Positions 1 to 7,812 of a DNA stretch of 47,542 nt are shown piece after piece. The notes under the pieces were generated by a model that was not told the DNA's origin, searched no databases, and saw only the letters and a list, made by a program, of their open reading frames with translations. The stretch comes from Ruminococcus sp. UBA4350. GTDB taxonomy: Bacteria > Bacillota > Clostridia > Oscillospirales > Ruminococcaceae. A program made the translations under genes and the position numbers. The stretch spans positions 1-47,542 of the forward strand of contig DGSY01000021.1 in the NCBI GenBank assembly GCA_002394125.1, given 5' to 3'. Each line of letters opens with the position of its first letter. Position 1 is the stretch's first letter.

Positions 1-146
1 TGGGTTTAGAATGATTGGCGCTTACGAAGAATGCACGAGGCACTGCCGCAGCGCATACACATTCTTCAGTCTATGAAACAATCAGATGAGATGGCAGCGC
101 GCTGAAGCCTTTACGGACATATTAGACTGGATCCTATAGCACGTAC

Positions 147-187
147 AAAAAAGCAGCGTATCGCCAATTCGCGGTACGCTGTTTTTC
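147..187. terminator. Bidirectional intrinsic terminator downstream of the SGNH-hydrolase-like gene
   Basis: 11-bp stem 154-164/171-181 (CAGCGTATCGC / GCGGTACGCTG, one G-U), 6-nt loop. A-run on the left flank and TTTTT on the right flank. Confidence 0.6.
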
Positions 188-197
188 ATGGATTCAA

Positions 198-1205
198 TTA
201 TTCGGCAGGCGGAACATGATTCAGAACATATTCCAGAAGCTTACGGCCGCCGTCTGCATTCAGATGCACACCGTCCTCCTCGGCAAGTGTCGGATCCAGC
301 TTGCCGTCGTTGTTCTTCATTGCCGTGTTGGTATCAATAAAATAGATGTTTTCTTCGTTGCAAAGCTCCAGCAGTCTGGAATTATAATCGTCAATCGTGC
401 TGTTCAGGAGCGGAGTTTCCGAATTCTCAGCGATATAAGTGACCGGCGGGATCGCCATAACATAAACCGGTGCTTCCGGCGCCTGCGCCATGACCGATTT
501 CATCAGGATCTTGAACTGCTCAGCGGTCTGGTCGGTCGGCTGCGTAAAGAGGCTTTCCGTTCCGAACATCAAATAGATCGGGCAGCTGGCGGCGTTGATC
601 GCGCTCAGAATGCGGATCGTCGTGCCGTTCAGCATGATATATTCGCGGGTGTAATTGGTCAGGCGAAGATTCTCGCTCGCGTAAACATTCAGCGGCGCAA
701 GCCAGCCGTTTTTGCCGAGCAGATACACATTCGTTTCGCCGAGGAATGCGCATTTTTTCAGATAGTCTCCGTCATGCACCTCGGATTCCGGAACCGGATT
801 CGTTTTCTTCGGCCCCTCCGGAACGATCGGCTCATTACCGCTTTCCTCGCCCTCGACGGGTTCTGCCGATGATGTGTCAGGCGCGGCGGATTCGTCCGCA
901 GGTGCCTGCGATTCGACCGGCTCACTGACCGAGGATTCGGCCGATGCCTTTGAGGATGACTGGGACTTGGATGAGGATTCCTCAGCGGTCGAAGCTGATT
1001 TCACAAACACATCCTTTTCGGGATGCATATTCCGATCATAAACATATTTGCCGAAGCAGGCGATCAGGCTCAGAATCCAGATCAGGATCAGATGACCGAA
1101 TTTGAACCGCATGACCGGACCGCGGCGCGGCTGTTTTTTCTTTGTCTTCCGGGTTTTGGTTCGCACGGCTGATTTGGTGCCGGACTGGGGCTTGCGGGTT
1201 GCCAT
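198..1205 (-). CDS. Membrane-anchored SGNH/GDSL-family hydrolase-like protein
   Basis: ORF 198-1271 trimmed to ATG 1205 (AAGGAG 8 nt upstream). It has a basic N-terminus, one TM helix (FGHLILIWILSLIACF) and a Ser/Glu/Pro-rich linker. The C-terminal domain ends in EDGVHLNADGGRKLL (SGNH block V D-x-x-H). The block I position reads FLGETN instead of GDS. Confidence 0.6.
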   Translation of the reverse strand: MATRKPQSGTKSAVRTKTRKTKKKQPRRGPVMRFKFGHLILIWILSLIACFGKYVYDRNMHPEKDVFVKSASTAEESSSKSQSSSKASAESSVSEPVESQAPADESAAPDTSSAEPVEGEESGNEPIVPEGPKKTNPVPESEVHDGDYLKKCAFLGETNVYLLGKNGWLAPLNVYASENLRLTNYTREYIMLNGTTIRILSAINAASCPIYLMFGTESLFTQPTDQTAEQFKILMKSVMAQAPEAPVYVMAIPPVTYIAENSETPLLNSTIDDYNSRLLELCNEENIYFIDTNTAMKNNDGKLDPTLAEEDGVHLNADGGRKLLEYVLNHVPPAE

Positions 1206-1242
1206 AGCTTGTGTCTCCTTTCTGCATTTCACGCTATCTTTT

Positions 1243-1271
1243 ATTATACCGGATTTCGCGCGATTTTGCAA
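1243..1271 (-). promoter_or_regulatory. Sigma-A type promoter for the SGNH-hydrolase-like gene
   Basis: Minus strand reads TTGCAA - 17 nt - TATAAT, about 35 nt upstream of the RBS. Confidence 0.6.
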
Positions 1272-1334
1272 GGGGTTTGCGGCGTTTTTTGCAGAAATTA
1301 AGAAAAAATATTGAAATTGCGCGGGCAGACGGAT

Positions 1335-2687
1335 TTATTCAGCCGGATCGGCGATCACGGTTTCTGAAAATCGGGCGGTGACCTCGGAAAATCTGCCGCA
1401 GGAGAGCCGCCCCTCCGGACAGCTTCCGCTGACAAAGCAGCTCGGGCCGAAGCAGCCGTAGACCGCCGGACATTCTGCGCGGAGCGACCGGAGCAGTTCA
1501 ACGGCGCAGGTGCGGATCTCCCACTGTGCGCGGTTGCAGGTACGAAGCTTCATGAAGTGCAGCAGCTCGCGGCCGTTCATGTCGCAGCGGACATCCAGCT
1601 GATTGCCGGCGAGCGCGAAATACTGCACAGCCTCCGCCGGCAGGCCGGCAGCGCACAGCTTCCGCAGCAGAGCGGCGTTTTCGCTGAACGCATTCTGATA
1701 GATCGCAAGCGCATCCGGATTTGCGCGGATCGTTTCCGGCAGGACATAATGCTGCCGGAGCGCGGCAAGCGTGACCTGCGGAACAAGCACTGTCTGGACG
1801 CGGTGCCGGACAAGATGCGTAATCGCGGCAAGGGACAGATCCTCGATTGTGAACTGCACATGGAGCATTTCCAGCTCACGCGGTCGGCCGCCGCGGATGA
1901 TCGCAGGAATGTCGGCATTCTCCGGCAGAACCGCCCAGTTGAACTGCGCCGCGTTCAGCAGCGTCTCTGCGGCATCCGGCGTAGCATATTGCAGCCTTGC
2001 GGCCGCCTTGTGAACAGCGGGCGTGCCGATCTCCGGCGCATCCGGCAGAAGCGGTGCGGCGCTTTTCGGCAGCCGTTTGCCGAGGATATCCGGCAGATTC
2101 GGGAAGCATTCCCGCACCTGCGAAAGCAGCGATTCGCCGAGCTGTTTCAGCTCCGGGAAGGCTGCGCCGCGTCCCTGCGTCATGACATGGATCATATACA
2201 GCAGCTCGCGGGCATTCATCGTGCAGAAGAAATTGCTGCGGAAGCAATAGGGGAGCAGATAGCGCGCATCCTCCTTCGGGATGCCGAGCGCAAGCAATTC
2301 GGAATATGCATCAAAGAGCGACTGCATATGCGCCTTGTATTCCGGCAGCAGCGCCTCCGGCATCGGCGGGATGCAGAAGCCGGCGTTCGCAAAATCCACA
2401 TAGCGGCGCGACTGCACCGTATAGGAGCCAAGGCGGAATTCGATGACAAATTCCTCCGTGCAGACGGAAACATTGTCGAATGCGACCGTGAAGAACTGAT
2501 GCTCCAGCGTTGAGGTGTGGCCGGAGGCGCAGACCTTCTCGATCAGTGTGCCGTTGTTTTCCTTTTCGCAGGAGCGCTGATAGATCTCCAGCGCCGTTCC
2601 CTGCGTTGTGGAGATGCGGCCGGCAGCGGCGCAGACGGTGCTGCCGGCCGTTGAAGATGCGATGATTTTAACAGATGCCTGATTCAT
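1335..2687 (-). CDS. Tandem-domain ThyX (Thy1, FAD-dependent thymidylate synthase)-like protein with Cys-rich tail
   Basis: Two Thy1-like halves. Half 1 has HTSTLEH and S-x3-QSRRY. Half 2 has LVRHR and AQWEIR. C-terminal Cys cluster CFGPSC..GSCPEG..SCG. AAAGGA RBS; the ATG lies 2 nt after the stop of the upstream gene. Confidence 0.65.
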   Translation of the reverse strand: MNQASVKIIASSTAGSTVCAAAGRISTTQGTALEIYQRSCEKENNGTLIEKVCASGHTSTLEHQFFTVAFDNVSVCTEEFVIEFRLGSYTVQSRRYVDFANAGFCIPPMPEALLPEYKAHMQSLFDAYSELLALGIPKEDARYLLPYCFRSNFFCTMNARELLYMIHVMTQGRGAAFPELKQLGESLLSQVRECFPNLPDILGKRLPKSAAPLLPDAPEIGTPAVHKAAARLQYATPDAAETLLNAAQFNWAVLPENADIPAIIRGGRPRELEMLHVQFTIEDLSLAAITHLVRHRVQTVLVPQVTLAALRQHYVLPETIRANPDALAIYQNAFSENAALLRKLCAAGLPAEAVQYFALAGNQLDVRCDMNGRELLHFMKLRTCNRAQWEIRTCAVELLRSLRAECPAVYGCFGPSCFVSGSCPEGRLSCGRFSEVTARFSETVIADPAE

Positions 2688-2689
2688 GG

Positions 2690-5260
2690 TTATCCTTTCA
2701 TGGATGCGGTTTTCGCCGTAAGATAATTGACGAGCGGCTGAATGTCATTTGTGTCGATCGTCCCGTCCTTGTTTATGTCTGCGCGGCTGCGGTCTCCGAT
2801 CTTCTTTCCTGAAATGATCCGCTTGAGATAGGTGAGATCCGCCGCAGTGATCACGCCGTCGCCGTTGATATCACCGGTGAGATCCGGCAGATATGAGGTG
2901 TCGAAAACACTGCTGTCATTGATTGCATAGAGAATATCGCCGGTCGTTGAATACTTGCCGGTCTCACTGTCTTTCAGACAGCCGATGCCGTAATAGGGCA
3001 TCTCCCATTCCGTGCCGTCCGCGGAGATATAGATATCGCGTTCACCGATCTCGGCGTCCGGTTTATTCGGATCCCAGACGGGAATGCGGTACGGGAACGG
3101 TGATTCATCCCACTCGCCCTCGCTGAATCCGCAGCCGACTACGGCATGGCTTCCGGTTTTCAGATGCAGAACGATGATGATGATTTTGCCGTCAGCGCTG
3201 GCTCTGGACGCATAATCGAGCAGATGCAGCGGCTTTGACTGCCGGCTTTTCAGGAACGGTGCGGTGTCCGAATCGGATGCGGAAAGCAGCTGATAGGAAT
3301 TGATGATCGACAGCAGCTTTTCAGAGGGCTCCAGATCATGCAGACAGGTTGCCTGATCGCTGATCATATGCGGATCGAAGATGCCGTCATGCATCATCAT
3401 GACGAGCGCCGACATACCGAAGCAGGAGCCGCCCCATTTTTGTGTGAGATCTGCGCCTGCCTTTTGCAGCATCGCCCTGTGCGTATCACTGACATCATAG
3501 CTGCTTCCGAATACATATCCGGAATTTGCGAAGGAAAATACATTTTCGGGTGTTTTGAGTACGCTTTTGTATCTTGAGACCGTGCCGACGGGCGCGCTGG
3601 TTATGAATGTATAGTCAGCATCACGGGCAAAGTCCGATGCGGCACTGTTCTGAACGCCGAAAATGATGCGCTGCACGCGGTTTTTGCTTTCAGGTGTCTG
3701 CTGAATGCTGTCAGCGGCGATCGTTTTGACCGTTTTGGGGATGAACAGCTCATGCAGTTCATCTGAAATGATCGCGCCGGACTGGATCTCGGTGACAGTG
3801 TCGGGGATTTTCAGCGTATCGAGCGTCGGGCAGTCGAGCTGGCCGGTCTCGATGACCTTGAACTGCGCCGGCCAGCTCAGCGAGGTGATATTGCCCTGAA
3901 GCCAGCGCGGGGCGATATGGGTGACCGTATCGGGGATCTTCGGATTATAGTAGTCACCGGTATAGCGGAGCAGCCAGCCGTCAAGGATCAGCATTTCATC
4001 GGTCTGCGCGTCGAGCCATGCCGTATGGTCGAATGCTGCGCATTCGCATTTTTCCAGCGACTGCGGCAGGGAGAAGGATTTTGCATTCGGCAGATACCGG
4101 AAGGCTGCCGGGCTGACCTGCCGGACACCCTCCGGAACGGTGACCGATTCGACGGCATTGCGCACGTCATTGCGCTTAAAGATATTGCCGGTCGCAATTC
4201 TGCTGTTGTAGCCGATCTGCGAGACCGGAATGCCGTCAATCTCGGCCGGCAGCGTGACATTTTTCATCGGCTTGGTGACCTCATAGATGCAGGCGGTGCC
4301 GTCCTCCAGCATGAACCAGCGGATGCCGTCCTTTGTTTCATTCAGCGCATAGAACGGCATTTTATGCGCTGCTGCAAATGTCTCTGCCGCAGAGCCCTTT
4401 TCACCGAGAAGCGTGAGACCCTTGACATTGCCGAAGGCAGAGGGATCAATCTTTGTGCAGCTCGGCGGAATATAGAGTGCATCTGTCCGAATGCCGCTTA
4501 ATTCAAAGAGCTGGTCGGTGATTTCTTTGAGGTTGTCGGTGAAAATATGCTCCTCAAATTTAGCATTGATTCCTTTGATGGATGCGATATTGGTATATTC
4601 GACGCGGTATGACGCAGTCGATAAGCCGGGATAGCCGGCGTTCAGCCGTTTGGCCTCTTCCGGCAGAGTGACCGTGACGCCGGGCGCATCATTGGGAATG
4701 AATCCGATCAGAAAGTCATGAAAGAGAATGAAATCTCCGGCTTCCCCCTCTATCGTATCAAGAATGGCCGTATCGACGGTATAACCGTCATCGGTTTCTG
4801 TCATATAGTCCTGCATCTCAACGCGTGTGAGCGTTGTCGGGATCTGAACACTTTTCAGGTTTTTTGCATTCTTTGCGTTAATGTTAAAATTTGTGATGCC
4901 TTCGGAGAGAATCAGGTTTTCAACGGTTGTGTTATTGCGGAAATTAGTGTATCCGGTTAAATCGACCCGTTTGACCGGAATATTGCCCTCCCACTCGCCG
5001 TATTCACCGTTCAGTACTCTGTTTCGCAGGGATGCAGTGGTGATCTTTCCCGGATCAATGGAGGAGGGGATCACGAGATCCGGTCCGGCGGCATCCTCTG
5101 CAATATCCTTTACTCTGACATAATCATTCACGATCTGGAATGTGCAGTCGCAGCCCTCAACCGAGAAATAACTGGATTCAGATGCCAGCACCGGGATCGG
5201 GACGGACAGCATGAGCGCGGCCGAAAGACAGGCAGCCAATAAGAGCTTGATCGTTTTCAT
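2690..5260 (-). CDS. Secreted dockerin-containing protein with BspA-type leucine-rich repeats and a papain-like Cys-protease-like region
   Basis: Start moved to ATG 5260 (AGGAG upstream). Signal peptide MKTIKLLLAACLSAALMLSVPIPVLA, followed by LRR_5-like repeats. The central region shows GGSCFGMS ... GSHAVVGCGF ... VWDPN, the papain Cys/His/Asn order. C-terminal type I dockerin duplicated calcium-binding motifs DINGDGVITAADL / DINKDGTIDTNDI. Confidence 0.8.
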   Translation of the reverse strand: MKTIKLLLAACLSAALMLSVPIPVLASESSYFSVEGCDCTFQIVNDYVRVKDIAEDAAGPDLVIPSSIDPGKITTASLRNRVLNGEYGEWEGNIPVKRVDLTGYTNFRNNTTVENLILSEGITNFNINAKNAKNLKSVQIPTTLTRVEMQDYMTETDDGYTVDTAILDTIEGEAGDFILFHDFLIGFIPNDAPGVTVTLPEEAKRLNAGYPGLSTASYRVEYTNIASIKGINAKFEEHIFTDNLKEITDQLFELSGIRTDALYIPPSCTKIDPSAFGNVKGLTLLGEKGSAAETFAAAHKMPFYALNETKDGIRWFMLEDGTACIYEVTKPMKNVTLPAEIDGIPVSQIGYNSRIATGNIFKRNDVRNAVESVTVPEGVRQVSPAAFRYLPNAKSFSLPQSLEKCECAAFDHTAWLDAQTDEMLILDGWLLRYTGDYYNPKIPDTVTHIAPRWLQGNITSLSWPAQFKVIETGQLDCPTLDTLKIPDTVTEIQSGAIISDELHELFIPKTVKTIAADSIQQTPESKNRVQRIIFGVQNSAASDFARDADYTFITSAPVGTVSRYKSVLKTPENVFSFANSGYVFGSSYDVSDTHRAMLQKAGADLTQKWGGSCFGMSALVMMMHDGIFDPHMISDQATCLHDLEPSEKLLSIINSYQLLSASDSDTAPFLKSRQSKPLHLLDYASRASADGKIIIIVLHLKTGSHAVVGCGFSEGEWDESPFPYRIPVWDPNKPDAEIGERDIYISADGTEWEMPYYGIGCLKDSETGKYSTTGDILYAINDSSVFDTSYLPDLTGDINGDGVITAADLTYLKRIISGKKIGDRSRADINKDGTIDTNDIQPLVNYLTAKTASMKG

Positions 5261-5301
5261 ATATGCTCCTTTCGTCACATTGCCGATATTTCACTATTAT
5301 A

Positions 5302-5330
5302 ATTGTATCACAAATGTGCGATGCTGTCAA
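5302..5330 (-). promoter_or_regulatory. Sigma-A type promoter for the dockerin-protein/ThyX-like operon
   Basis: Minus strand reads TTGACA - 17 nt - TACAAT with TG at the extended -10 position. Confidence 0.6.
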
Positions 5331-5360
5331 GCCTGACGCAGCGATGTGCCGCGGGACAGC

Positions 5361-5390
5361 AAAAGCGCCTCCCCTTTTCAGAGAAGGCGC
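5361..5390 (-). terminator. Intrinsic terminator after the small membrane protein gene
   Basis: On the minus strand, GCGCCTTCTC / GGGGAGGCGC forms a 10-bp stem (two G-U) with loop TGAAAA, followed by TTTTG. Confidence 0.6.
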
Positions 5391-5410
5391 AGAATACGTG
5401 GTATCAGCGA

Positions 5411-5857
5411 TCAGCTGATCTGCTTTCTGACGGCGAGCACATTGAAGAAGATCAGGAGATTGAGCACGAGCGAACCGATACTGCCGAGGATGCCTGTGCC
5501 GCTGCGGATCGCACCGACCAGCGCGGTTCCGGCAAGGATCAGGCCGAGCAATGCAAAGATGAATGCGCCGACGCTGTTCTCCGCATTTTTGGAGGCGCGG
5601 AGCATACAAATGCCGTAAAGCAGATACACAATGCCGATCACGACGACCGCAAGGCCGACCGCGATAATGCCGCTCTGATTCATCTGCACCTGAAAATCAA
5701 GCCCCTGATTTTTGACGGCCTCCGCCAGCTTGGAAGTAAATTCCGCATTGTTGCTGAGTGCGGCAGCGACGCCGCCGACCAGCATGAGCAGCAGGGCTCC
5801 GATCGTTGCGATCACCCCGATAAATGCCAGAAATTTCTGATATCCGCTCTTTTTCAT
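5411..5857 (-). CDS. Small integral membrane protein (about 4 TM), unknown function
   Basis: ORF trimmed to ATG 5857 (GGAG upstream). Four hydrophobic helices and no recognisable catalytic motif. Confidence 0.6.
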   Translation of the reverse strand: MKKSGYQKFLAFIGVIATIGALLLMLVGGVAAALSNNAEFTSKLAEAVKNQGLDFQVQMNQSGIIAVGLAVVVIGIVYLLYGICMLRASKNAENSVGAFIFALLGLILAGTALVGAIRSGTGILGSIGSLVLNLLIFFNVLAVRKQIS

Positions 5858-6007
5858 AAAAGCAGCTCCTTTACAATGATATACCCGCTTGGTTACTAGC
5901 TTGATTATATAACCTATTATGCGAGATGTCAAGCAGATTCTGTAAATTCGGAACTATGCACAATATCCCGCCGCAGACAGCGCGTCTGCATGATCAGGAT
6001 TGGCAGG

Positions 6008-6520
6008 TCAGTGTCTGCTGTCAATGAAGATGCCGGTGACAGCGTTATAGATCAGGATGCAGCCGATCACGCGGACAAGCGTTGCCGCTGCCGAAAACGG
6101 ATTGAAAAGCAGCACCGCACCGAGTATGATCGTCACGACCGGCATGACCAGTACGGCAGGCGAAACATTTACATAGGTGCGTCTGCACTCCAGCGCGTTC
6201 GAGAGATTGATCAGGCCGGAGAGCAGAACGATCAGGCCGGCTATGACCGGAAAGATCGAAACGACCGCTGCCGGCTTCAAAAGCAGAAAGATGCCGGCGA
6301 TTCCGCTGACCAGACCGCTGCCGAGCAGAAAGCGCGAAGCGAGTTCCGAGCGGCGGTCACGGTAGGCGCCGATCACTTTGATGATGGCAGTCAGCAGCAG
6401 AAATGCGCCGATGATCTGCACGACGGTCGTAAGCGCAGTCCCCGGCATCAGCAGCAGGATCACGCCGAGTATCAGCGTGACCAGCGATGCGCCGGACTGA
6501 CTGAATTGCAGTTTTCCCAT
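6008..6520 (-). CDS. HdeD/DUF308-family membrane protein
   Basis: Repeated DUF308-like TM hairpins (LVTLILGVILLLMPGTAL..., IAGIFLLLKPAAVV..., IILGAVLLFNPFSAA...). AAAGGAAG RBS. Confidence 0.75.
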   Translation of the reverse strand: MGKLQFSQSGASLVTLILGVILLLMPGTALTTVVQIIGAFLLLTAIIKVIGAYRDRRSELASRFLLGSGLVSGIAGIFLLLKPAAVVSIFPVIAGLIVLLSGLINLSNALECRRTYVNVSPAVLVMPVVTIILGAVLLFNPFSAAATLVRVIGCILIYNAVTGIFIDSRH

Positions 6521-6559
6521 GAATGAGGCTTCCTTTCCTCTGAATTGCGGAGCGAATAA

Positions 6560-7411
6560 TTATTTGCCGAGCTGTTCCTTTGCAGCGGTCAGCGTATTGC
6601 GCATGAGGATCGCACGCGTCATCGGGCCGACACCGCCCGGAACCGGCGTGATCGCGGAGGCCTTCTCAAACGCTTCCTCATAGCAGACATCGCCGACGAG
6701 CTTGCCCTCTGCATTGCGGTTCATGCCGACATCAATGACGACAGCGCCCTCCTTGATCATATCCGCCGTGACAAAGCCGGCCTTGCCGACTGCGGAAACG
6801 AGAATATCTGCCTGACGGGTGATCTCCGCGAGATTCTTCGTGCGGGAATGGCAGACGGTGACCGTGCCGCTGCGGTGGAGCAGGAGCATTGCCATCGGCT
6901 TGCCGACGATATTGCTCCGGCCGATCACGACGCAGTGCTTGCCGCTGATCTCGATCTGCATGGCATCGAGCATTTCGATGACGCCTGCGGGTGTGCAGGG
7001 CAGGAAGCTGAAATCGCCGATCATGATCCGGCCGACATTCTCCGGATGGAATGCGTCAACATCCTTTTTCGGGGAGATCGCGTGCAGAATGGTCTGCTCG
7101 CAGATCTGTTTCGGGAGCGGGAGCTGCACGAGAATGCCGTTGACAGAATCGTCTGCGTTCAGCTTTGCGACCAGTTCCAGCAGCTCTGCTTCGGTGGTTT
7201 CCTCCGGCAGCGCATACTCATAGGATGCGAAGCCGCATTCTGCGCAGTCTTTTTCCTTATTGGTGACATAGACGCGGGACGCGGGATTGCTGCCGACCAG
7301 CACAACAGCGAGACCGGGCTTTGCACCGGCTGCCTTGAGCTTTTCGACCTCTGCGCGAACCTCTGCCTTGACGTTCGCAGCGATCTTCTTGCCGTCAATG
7401 ATTTGAGCCAT
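6560..7411 (-). CDS. folD: Bifunctional methylenetetrahydrofolate dehydrogenase/methenyl-THF cyclohydrolase
   Basis: MAQIIDGKKIAANVKAEV..., PGLAVVLVGSNPAS, VIGRSNIVGKPMAMLL, ITPVPGGVGPMT. Start ATG 7411 with AGGAGG RBS. The 126 upstream codons of the track ORF cover intergenic repeats. Confidence 0.95.
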   Translation of the reverse strand: MAQIIDGKKIAANVKAEVRAEVEKLKAAGAKPGLAVVLVGSNPASRVYVTNKEKDCAECGFASYEYALPEETTEAELLELVAKLNADDSVNGILVQLPLPKQICEQTILHAISPKKDVDAFHPENVGRIMIGDFSFLPCTPAGVIEMLDAMQIEISGKHCVVIGRSNIVGKPMAMLLLHRSGTVTVCHSRTKNLAEITRQADILVSAVGKAGFVTADMIKEGAVVIDVGMNRNAEGKLVGDVCYEEAFEKASAITPVPGGVGPMTRAILMRNTLTAAKEQLGK

Positions 7412-7600
7412 GATAGTTACCTCCTGATTTCGTTGTGTATATTGCGTACCCGCCGTAAACCGGAGTTTGGCGGTGCTGCTTATGATGAATAAGGTATCCG
7501 CTTCGCGGATGTTATTTAGAATGGGTGCCTCTATCGCAGGCACTGGGGCCCGCGGGCTCTTGAACGCTGAGGGAGTTCCGCACTCTGCGGAGTGCGGCTT

Positions 7601-7647
7601 AGGGCTCTCGCCCGCTTCGCTATGAGTTTGCGCTGCAAACTCACCTC
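7601..7647 (-). repeat. Dispersed intergenic repeat, family 1 (copy A; partner at 43111-43156)
   Basis: The reverse complement GAGGTGAGTTTGCAGCGCAAACTCATAGCGAAGCGGGCGAGAGCCCT aligns with 43111-43156 at roughly 41 of 47 positions. It contains the hairpin GAGTTTGC/GCAAACTC. Confidence 0.7.
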
Positions 7648-7728
7648 GACCCGCGAGCTTTTTGAAAAAAGCTCGACCAAAAACTTTGGATGGCGCTCCG
7701 GATAACGAACAAAGTCCCTGCACAGAAG

Positions 7729-7793
7729 CCGCGAACAGCGGCGTGTGTTTGTGAAATTCAGCCTGTGAGCGCGACCGTGCCTTTAGCACAACG
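7729..7793 (+). repeat. Dispersed intergenic repeat, family 2 (copy C; partner at 22214-22278)
   Basis: CCGCGAACAGCGGCGTGT...AAATTCA.CCTGT.AGC..GACCGTG.CTTTAGCACAACG is shared with 22214-22278 in the same orientation, roughly 57 of 65 identical. Both copies lie just 3' of a minus-strand stop codon. Confidence 0.7.
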
Positions 7794-7812
7794 GCGGTTT
7801 ATCACAGGCACG

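Noticed and set aside
7412-7560. Possible ZTP (pfl-motif) or THF riboswitch in the folD leader
   Set aside because: I read the minus-strand leader. It contains hairpins (ATCCGC-GAA-GCGGAT; CCGCCAAAC-TCCG-GTTTACGGCGG). It lacks the conserved GGGUCGUGACUGGCG / CCGCCUGGGC-type ZTP elements or anything I can match to THF riboswitches. A covariance-model scan would be needed to be sure.
7412-7789. 126-codon N-terminal extension of the folD ORF (409-aa version)
   Set aside because: Canonical FolD begins at MAQIIDGKK with an AGGAGG RBS at the correct spacing. The extension translates dispersed intergenic repeats.
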